In this document: piece after piece, positions 37,630 through 64,000 of the stretch | Numbering within the stretch: the stretch's first letter is position 1 | How the letters are laid out: each line of letters begins with the position of its first letter | Source of the DNA: Amoebidium appalachense | Lineage: Eukaryota; Protista; Ichthyosporea | Length of the DNA stretch: 64,000 bases | Direction of reading: 5' to 3' | Assembly: GCA_963693365.1 (NCBI GenBank) | Contig: CAVNZM010000013.1 | Span: 7,708,398 to 7,772,397, forward strand | Program-made: the position numbers and the translations under genes | Notes under the pieces: model-generated | What the model saw: the letters and a program-made list of their open reading frames with translations, nothing else | Databases searched by the model: none | Told to the model about the DNA's origin: nothing

Positions 37630-38761
37630 GGTTGTCCGTATTACACGCCGTTACACTTGAAAAAAAGCTGAGTTCACATATAGTTTCGATCCTTTCTACT
37701 CAAAGGACCTACAGCACTCTCTACAGCTGACTGGAAGCCTGGTTTTTCGTTGACTTCCTCTGGCCGGGAGCCTTGGAGGATCGGGTTCGGGCATTCCTGT
37801 GTTAGATGATGAGGGGTTTAAGATAGGCTTTGCCGTAAATGCAAAACACCGGGTTCATTTTTTGGAAAATAAAAATTTTAATCAAATGTTAATAATGTGT
37901 TTTGAACTGCGTAAACAAGAAATTACGTTTTAGTTGCCAGATCCCTAATTGCCAGTAGCATACCAATAATCGAGTCCCCAGAAACCTTTTCAGAATATAG
38001 TGTTCACACCCTCATGGTATTTTCCGGGGTATTTTCAGGTAATTGTAAATTATGGTTCAACATTTTGTAACAAGATATCTGTTACCTGTATCAAAAAACC
38101 GGATGTTTCTAATGGTAATGAAACATGATAATATTGTAACGTATTTATTTTAATTTTTGTTTTTTCCTGTAACGGAGCTTGCTTTAATATCTTGGAGAAG
38201 ACTCCAAGAAGGTTTTTCCAATAATGAAAATATTGTCCAGCTACACATCATCTCCAAGCCACCCCCTAGCATTCGAGCTCTGGGAGATCTAAGGATCTGT
38301 TAATTGCGCCAATAAAAAAAGTCCATAGGTACCTAGCTGATTAGCTCACAACTTGATTGGGTTATCTGCGCATCGCGGGCGTACCACCGAAGATGAATCA
38401 AGATGACCACAGTTTATGAGCAAAGCATAAAGTGAGCTGGTTAATTATTTTCATAGCTGTATTGTCCCCCAGTTGTTGTTTTTTATTAATTTTTATTTCA
38501 TTGAGCCCATAGATACATTGTATCACTATATTGGAGTTCTCTTTCCTTTCGCAAAAACCATCGTGTGATGACGTCCGGCTGACGCTTTTGTAGCGCTCTT
38601 GGGATGGCGGAGTCAGCGTGACGCTGCTGGCGCTGACGCACCGACTGAGCCGCTGACCCGCCTGGGCTAAGGAGTTGAGAGACTCAGTCAGAGGATGCTC
38701 TACATCATGATCGACATCTATTTTTGTGACACTTAAACATGCCATGCCTATCACCAATGAT

Positions 38762-38808
<47 letters not shown>

Positions 38809-39366
38809 CACATATATATATGTGCAATGCATAAATTCATTAAACTGGCCATATGCATGATGCTGTATACATGTCGAGATGGCGTTTTGCGCGATCTAGG
38901 GAGATACGACTCGCGATCCATGCAGCTGATTGGATCAAACCGCACCCCCTCCCCCCCAGATATGAGCCACAGGCTAGCACAGGCTAGCACAGACGAGCAC
39001 AGACGACACCGGTGTCGACACTGCTCGCTCGAGTCAGGAGTTGCATATGGAGGGACGTAGGGACAGTTTAGGAGCTCGAGTTTACTCAAGTCTGCAAGCG
39101 CTAATTTTATTAGCAGGTACACAGTGACCACGTCACACGCGCACCATGGCGGTCCTCTTAATGTCCTAAGCCTTTCGAGTAATATGAGGGCTTGATGGGT
39201 TCCATGGATCTACGGGCACTTCCCAGTATCCCGTGCGCTAGGTCCTACCTGTGTTTACCTGGCAGCTACAACCGTCATTCTGTTTATTGCGCCTTGTAGC
39301 CAGCCCTCTTAGACTATATTGGAGCCATCCCATGCCGGCAACACCTGACACATCAACACAGCCAAG

Positions 39367-56920
<17,554 letters not shown>

Positions 56921-57007
56921 TTATTGCCCCCTCCTCTTTCCCCCCACCCCGCCACCACCATCGCGACTACCGCCACCACCACTACCACCACATACACACG
57001 TCCACAT

Positions 57008-57076
<69 letters not shown>

Positions 57077-59039
57077 TATACCTTTTTCTACCGTTCGAAT
57101 ATAATATCGAGGTGGGGGAATGAGATTTCCACTTTTGTTTTTTTGCCCTCCCCCCCCCCCCCCCCCCCCCCATCCCTCACCCCCCTCACCCCCTCCCCCC
57201 ACCCACCCAACCACCCAACCACCTACATACCCACCCACCCACCACCACCTCTCTCTCTCTCACACAATCTCCCCCCCCCCCCCCCCCCCCTCCCCCGGGG
57301 TCCCTTCGTCCCTCCCTTCCCTCCGTCTTCTTTCCCTGGCAGTCTCCTTAGCCATCTTCCTCCCAGTAGCCTTGTTCCCCTCTGCCCATTCTCTGCCCCT
57401 AGTCTGATGACGAATCTATGCACGAATGACAGGTCTTACGCTGTGTTTTTGTCAACGATGTACAATAGAACCACGGTTTGCCGATATGTGATGGTGCAGC
57501 AACGCATCTGCTTACTAATAGATCGCACTGCCCTACCTGATTAGACCCATGATATTTCGGTTTTATTTGATCATTGCTTAGAGATCCTGGGATGAACAGT
57601 TAGTCCTTTGGTAGTTCTGCCCGGTGACTCCTGTGTATATATATAACTGATGCTGTGTGATTCCCTACCTGTATATTAATACACGATCCAATCTGAATGT
57701 TGTGTCATTAGGGCCGTCATTTGTATCTCAGGCTGTGTGATCCCAACATGTATCCTACCATATGTATTCCCTTCTTTTCAACCTTTTTTTTAGGTTATGT
57801 AGTCATTGTGATACTGACGTAAATTGTCATGGACCCATTTGATCTGGGCTGCAAAACAGCCAAATTCAGATGTCATGCAGATATGTTCCTCCGTGTTGCG
57901 ACGCTAAGAACTGTACCCATAGTGTCCTAATTTGTCTTAGGTACTTGCGGGTAATATGATGTACATGTGACCATGAATATGATAGACTAGCCATAAGCGA
58001 ATAAAGAAGCTAATTCGGATGTTCCGAGGACCCTTTATGTGATGAATGCATTCAACCCACATATGGTCAAGTTCTATCCCATATTTATTCGACTGTTTCT
58101 ACCGCCTCCCCCCTCCCCCCCATATGTACACAAACACCCTCCCCCTACCCTACCCTCCCCCCCCCCCCCCCCCCCCCCCCCCCTCGCTTTCGTCTCCCTC
58201 TCTCCCTCCCTCCCCCTCCCCTCCCCTCCCCCTCACTCACTCACTCACTCACTCACTCACCCAGTCTTTCACCCTCTCAATTACAAAGGGGCACACGATG
58301 CCATAGTGTAGGCTAACACATGCACACAGTAACACACCAAAGCACACACGCACACACGCACGCATACAGCAGTGCCGCATTTGTAGAGACTCGGAAGATC
58401 ATGTCATACTACTATCAGATTCTGCTGTTTATATATCGCACATTCATTCAACTTGCACGCAACTAGCTTGCACACAGGTAAAATAAGTTTTTGCTTACTA
58501 TGGGCTTTTAGGCAAATTTGTGAGCATACCATAGGCCAGATGGTATGTGCATACATGCGTAATTCAAACATTCAAAGGCAGGCCCCCAATTTTCAAAGCT
58601 TCGTTTGCTTGTTACACTGTCAGTAGATTTTTCGCAAAACCCCCACTCCCCCACCCCTCTCCTAATCCCAACCCGTCCACGCGTGTCCACTCTTACTTTA
58701 TACGATAACATCATCGGATGATGGATTCGAGACCAACGGCGTATGTATTTCTAATATTAGGCTAGTGTAGCCCAGAGCTAGTGACTCACACAGTGCCATG
58801 TATGACTCAGCTAACTATTGATACAACCTTTCCTAAACGACAGGCGGCGACGTACATCATACTAGTAGTACCATTAAATATTACTACTATCATCAACAAT
58901 CATGAAAATTTGCTCAGGTCTTGCAAGTGTGAGTGATACCGAGGCAGCTGCCCATTATCTATGATATTAGCAGCCAATCATCTAATGCACATGTGCAAAT
59001 AAAATAGTGCACGTGGGATACTCCCGCGTAGTTGAGCTT

Positions 59040-59352
59040 AATAACGGTGTGTTGTCTTAGCTGATTGCACAAAATTTTGCATCCTAACTATAGGGTACCG
59101 ATCAACGTCGGTGCTGTGTGGAAGACGTAGCTCTTCAGTCATGGAGGGCCCCCTGCAGGCTGGGGGCCGGCCGGACAAATCGGGGGGGGAAATTTTAAAA
59201 AGGTAGGGGGATAATCCCGTGGTGGCAGGAAGCCACAGGCCATTGGGCCACCTCATCACCATGGCGCCACACTGAAGGACTTATCCATAACCTGGAAGTT
59301 CGCCCATGGCTGCACTAGTACTATGCCAGGGCTATCACACACAAGTTGAAGC

Positions 59353-59404
<52 letters not shown>

Positions 59405-59960
59405 GGCATGGGAAACGAGGGTGTAACCAGCTTGCAACTTGGGGCTTGCGCAAGAGACGCTATTGCGGCAATACGTTACTTTGCCACATGATACAGGCAT
59501 GCCAAAAGTGTTTGTCAATAATTATGAGGAGCCTCACTCGGACATGGTTTGGTTGCTACAGGAGGTCACCCTATGTATACTTGTTTTTTTTGCCTACTGT
59601 ATACACTACATGTACATCGGCCCGGACGGCAAACGTTGACAACTTGCCATCCTTTTTGGTGCCAATCCCTCTGATTCCCTCGGCAAGTTGGATCTCAGGA
59701 ATGTGCCAAAGTGCATAACAATTGGATGCATGCTTTAAAATGCAGTGCAGCAGTTCGACTTCGACAAGGCAGCTCAACCAATCACATTTACTTAATGAAC
59801 TGCACTTTGGGTTTTTAAACAGGTTCACAAATTTATCCATGTCAGCTACACTCAGAACATTGTGCGCTGTGGGTGTAGTGTTGCCAAAAAGTGTGGCCAC
59901 GGAAGGTGCCCGATTGACATATAAGTACTGGGCTTACCGGCTGTCGAGTTTGAAGTGATT
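59040..59960 (-). pseudogene. Broken coding-like segment, unknown family
   Basis: 109-aa ORF followed by stop-interrupted blocks (GIVLVQPWANFQVMD). Confidence 0.3.
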
Positions 59961-60467
59961 CCTAAGTTTCAATCTTTGGGCCAGAAGGCCGACGGGAACA
60001 AACATGTGGCGGCCCTCCGTGATCACCTGCCTGGTACTTGCTGCTTGCGTGCAGAATTCGAATGTGCTGGCGACACCGACTCAGGCCTAGGCGCCAGGTG
60101 CCAATGGCCTCAGCCAGGGCACTTTTGCAGGTGAGCATCCCTGGCACACACGTGATCGGACCAAAAAACAAGCCCTGCAGATGCTCGGCCGTTAGGAGAG
60201 AAATTAAGTTGATATTCGAATTCCGAAGGTGTACACATGTTAGCACGCAAGGGAACACTTTCTCAACTGGCACGCGTACAGTGACGCATGTGTGACCGCA
60301 TGCACGACATCCATTTGCATGATACATGCGCATACAACATGACATGCTATCCATTCACGATATATATCTGTTGCCGCCCAAGATTGGTGAGTTCACGTTC
60401 TGGTTGTCAAGCAACCTCAGTACTGCATGCCTCCCCGCTCCAACAATACCACAACTATTAGCCCGCG

Positions 60468-61615
60468 TTGAACATTGCAACATGCCTGGGCAGAGGCGAC
60501 TTCATATCTAACACTTGCCGCAATCCTCATGTACAAGGTGATTTCTTTTCAACCTTGAAGCGTGTTCGGCGATTCCTCAACTTCGACTTCAACAAGAACC
60601 CAGGCCCGGGCCCGGCCCCACAGCCACGTACCGTCACCGTGACCGTGACGCGCACCGAGTATCAGACCCACACCGAGTATCAGGTGCGCACGGAGATTCA
60701 ATACCTAACACGCACGGAAACTTGTCAAATACAAACACAAACACAGTATGCTACTCCGGTACCCGTGACAACCACGGAGACAGCGCCCTGCATACCCACC
60801 ACCACAACTTCCACGTACAACCACAAGAACTATTGCCGCTGAGCCCATCACCACTAACTATATACGCAGACCCTTCCGGCAAACATCTTAACCTCTACTT
60901 ATCATCAGTTAGTCACCACAACAACCACCATAATCAGGTCAACAGACGGCCAAACCATAACCCAAACTAGCACACTCACGCTTCCCCCGTCCCTAATCAC
61001 CACGACCCAAACCACCACCAGGACCGCGGCCGTGCCGGTCAGCGGACAATTAGTCACCACCACATACACCAGTATGCTTCAGTCACTGTGCCTGGGCGCC
61101 CAGAGACCACGACAGAAACAAAAGCACTGTCATTCGGCATCCGTACCAGAACACGGTGCATCACCTTGCCGCCCACCACGGTCACTACCACCGCTCCTGG
61201 GCCCGGCTATGTGCAGACCACCACTCTCACCTATAGTCGCTACACCCAGTACGCACCCCAGTGTACAACCACCACTCTGGTACGCACTTGTCCTCTCCCG
61301 CCTGTCACACCCACTCCCGCTACATGCATAACAACAATCACACGGACAAACTGTGGCAGACCAGGACCCACCTACACATCTTCACCCACCTACACATCTT
61401 CACCCACCTACACACCTTCACCCACCTGCACATCTTCACCCACCTACACACCTGTACCCCCCTACAGCCCGACCTACACCCCGGACCCACCCTGCCCAGG
61501 CGGGTACAACTGCCCGCCCACCAACACTCCGCAGCCCCCGTGCCCCGGTGGTTATTGCCCTCCCACCACGACCATCAGACCACCCCCTACCGGATACCCA
61601 GAAGCATATTATTAA
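60468..61615 (+). CDS. Thr/Pro/Cys-rich mucin/cell-wall-like protein, split by stops/frameshifts (pseudogene or sequence errors)
   Basis: ORFs 60468-60842 and 61088-61615 share TVTVT/TEYQ/PCxxTTT character. There is an 18-bp TYTSSP repeat at ~61368-61450. Confidence 0.6.
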
Positions 61616-63790
61616 CTTGGTTAATGCCGATGTTGGCCCTTTAACATGCCCAGGTCTGCTAGTAGCAGCAAGGGCGTTGTTTCGAGAAAGTCCTTCCTAA
61701 AGATAACCCATCAGAGGTGGAAGAGGGTCCTGGGGTTTATAACTTTGTCGACCGGGCCGGGGATTTGATTTTTGGACGGCGGATGCGGTTCCCTAACTAC
61801 TATTTGATAAGCTTAGTCTCAGCTGCATCTGGTCTAGTTGGACTGGATAATATCAGTTTCTAGCAGGTTAGCCCTGCCTGTACATGTGTGCAAATAAGAA
61901 CCCCCCCTCCCCCCCCCCCTCCCCCCCCCCCCTCCCCCCCGCCCAAAAAAAAAAAAAAAAGAAAAGAAAAAAAAAAAAAAGAAAAGAAAAGAAAGAAAGA
62001 AAGAAAAACCTTTCCCGTGACGCCGTATCCCCTCTATCCACCCCTTACCCCCTCTGCGGGCCTTCTGTACATCATAGATATTATTTTGAGTGTGGAGGTT
62101 GCCCACGGCAAGAGCTGGTACAGCTAAGAGGATAGACCTGGTTTTGTACTTAGAGCACTGGGGATCCATTGTCACCGGGCAGGAACTTGGTTTTTTTGGA
62201 GAGGGAGGGGGGTAAACGGGGCCTTGCCATTGGGGTGGGAATTCGAGAGCGGGTGAGAACAGGTTGGGACGAGTGCGGGGATAAGGTGGCAAGGGGGGAG
62301 GGGAGGGGGGTTAACCGGTAAAGGGAAGGTTGGAGGGACTCGCAGGAAGGTTATGATCATGAGGGGAAGCTTGCAAAAGCTAAGGGGGAAGGGGTGGGAG
62401 TTGGGGAAACAGGGCAAGGGTATTGCCTCAGACTTGACGTGTGGACGGTGCAGGAAGCAGGGGGGGAACGGGGGGAGGGGGGGAGGGGAAGGGGGGGGGG
62501 GGGGGGGGGGTTGTGGCAAAGGGGTTGTAGATGCAAGCACCAAGTCTCCAAGGGCGGCAGTAGTATGGGATATGATTTAACAAAATTCAATAAAATTAAA
62601 TTGCAAGCAGAGTCTCAGAGAGACGGAGGTAGGAAAGAAAAAGAAAGGCAAGCAAAGGGCAACATTAGGAGGTGGCCCAGAAGGTGGTGGTGGAGGTGGT
62701 GGTGGTGGTGCATGTGTGTGGGGGGGGGGGGGGGGGGGGGGAGGGGGAGGGGGGGGGGGGGGGGGGAGGAGAAGACGGTAAGGGATTGGCCCGTTTGTGT
62801 ATGTGTGTGGAGACAGGAGGGAAGGGGGTTGGGATTGGGCAGGAATGTACCAAAGAGGGGGGGGGGGGGGGGGGGGGGGAGGGGCAGCCTGCTGTGCGTG
62901 CGATCCTTCTATAATTATTCTGAGTAATTATGCCCAGGACTCTGTGTTGAGTTGTTTGAGCTTATGAATTTAAACTGGAGTGGTAAAGAAAACCAAGAGC
63001 GGGGGATGGGGGGGGGGGGGGGGGGGGGGGATTGGCGCCCAACCACGTTCTTGTTTTTTTTAGTATCCCGTTTCTTGTCCCCAGGAGAGCCCCCTTGGCC
63101 CATCCCTCGTGGGTACTACTGTCTTCCACCCAGCACCGACTGTGCTGAGCTAGGGTGTTGATCGGTGTGAGGAGCCAAACTGACACCCGTCATGGCAAAC
63201 CTAACTATTAGTGCACACTGAGCCCAATGTTTTTATTTCAGCCTAGCTAGTGGTGAGAAAAATGAACGCACCGATTTGAAAACCAGGACGGGATTTTATG
63301 TTGAAGAAGTTTTTCTTTTGCTAGTTTGATAACATGTTGCGTACATGAAACGTCCATGTGAGAAAAATGCGCACACCACAAAAAATGGGGAAAACAACCT
63401 ATTGAATAGTGACGAGCTTGCTTCTAGAGAAACTTTGCTTGGTTTAAGGTTGAACTGAAAGTATTATACATGGGCTGCTCACTCCTGCTTACATATAATG
63501 TTCGGTCTAAGAGACCATCAGTTTGTCTTGTCTTGAATTTTAAGCTCCCGTTTGCAGACCACAACGCTCACGTGCGAAGGGGAACACAAACACACTGGCA
63601 TTGCACATACTTCGGCTGTAGGCACAAACACATATGCACACAGGTACACACATGTGCGTACGTGCGCACTGCGCGGGCACGAACTCGAGCTCAATGTCAT
63701 GCACACGCACACGCACAGGCACACACGTGCGTGCACATACACACACAAAACACACACATCCCCGGGCGGGCACCAGCGCGCACACCGTCA

Positions 63791-63912
<122 letters not shown>

Positions 63913-63944
63913 CTCTCTCTCGCTCACAGTAGACTGTGACACAC

Positions 63945-64000
<56 letters not shown>

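Noticed and set aside
37820-38185. MITE with TIRs
   Set aside because: An AT-rich block with only weak inverted similarity at its ends.

Overview
This is eukaryotic DNA in two sharply different compartments. (1) 1-8638 is an AT-rich unit bounded by terminal inverted repeats. It holds decayed mitochondrial-type fragments (cox1, cox3 read with TGA=Trp, LSU rRNA), two group I intron cores and many tandem repeats. It looks like one complete linear mitochondrial mini-chromosome of the Amoebidium/ichthyosporean type, joined at its TIR end to nuclear DNA (whole-chromosome NUMT or assembly chimera). The host identity is inference. (2) 8639-64000 is nuclear DNA dense in (CA)n, (GA)n and poly-C/G tracts, which generate most of the spurious ORFs in the track. 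Real genes are a multi-exon AFG1/LACE1 ATPase (-), an intronless CPBP/CAAX protease (+) and a multi-exon EF-hand-C1-C1-CAMK-group kinase (+). It also holds a possible DUF6589/Academ-like spliced gene, LINE RT remnants, a CACTA-like MITE and a broken Thr/Pro-rich gene. Notable unexplained structure includes an intron-resident repeat family always in host-sense orientation with a conserved stem, tandem duplications spanning splice sites, and a near-perfect 26x70-bp intronic array. Exon models were built by eye and gene 5' ends are uncertain.
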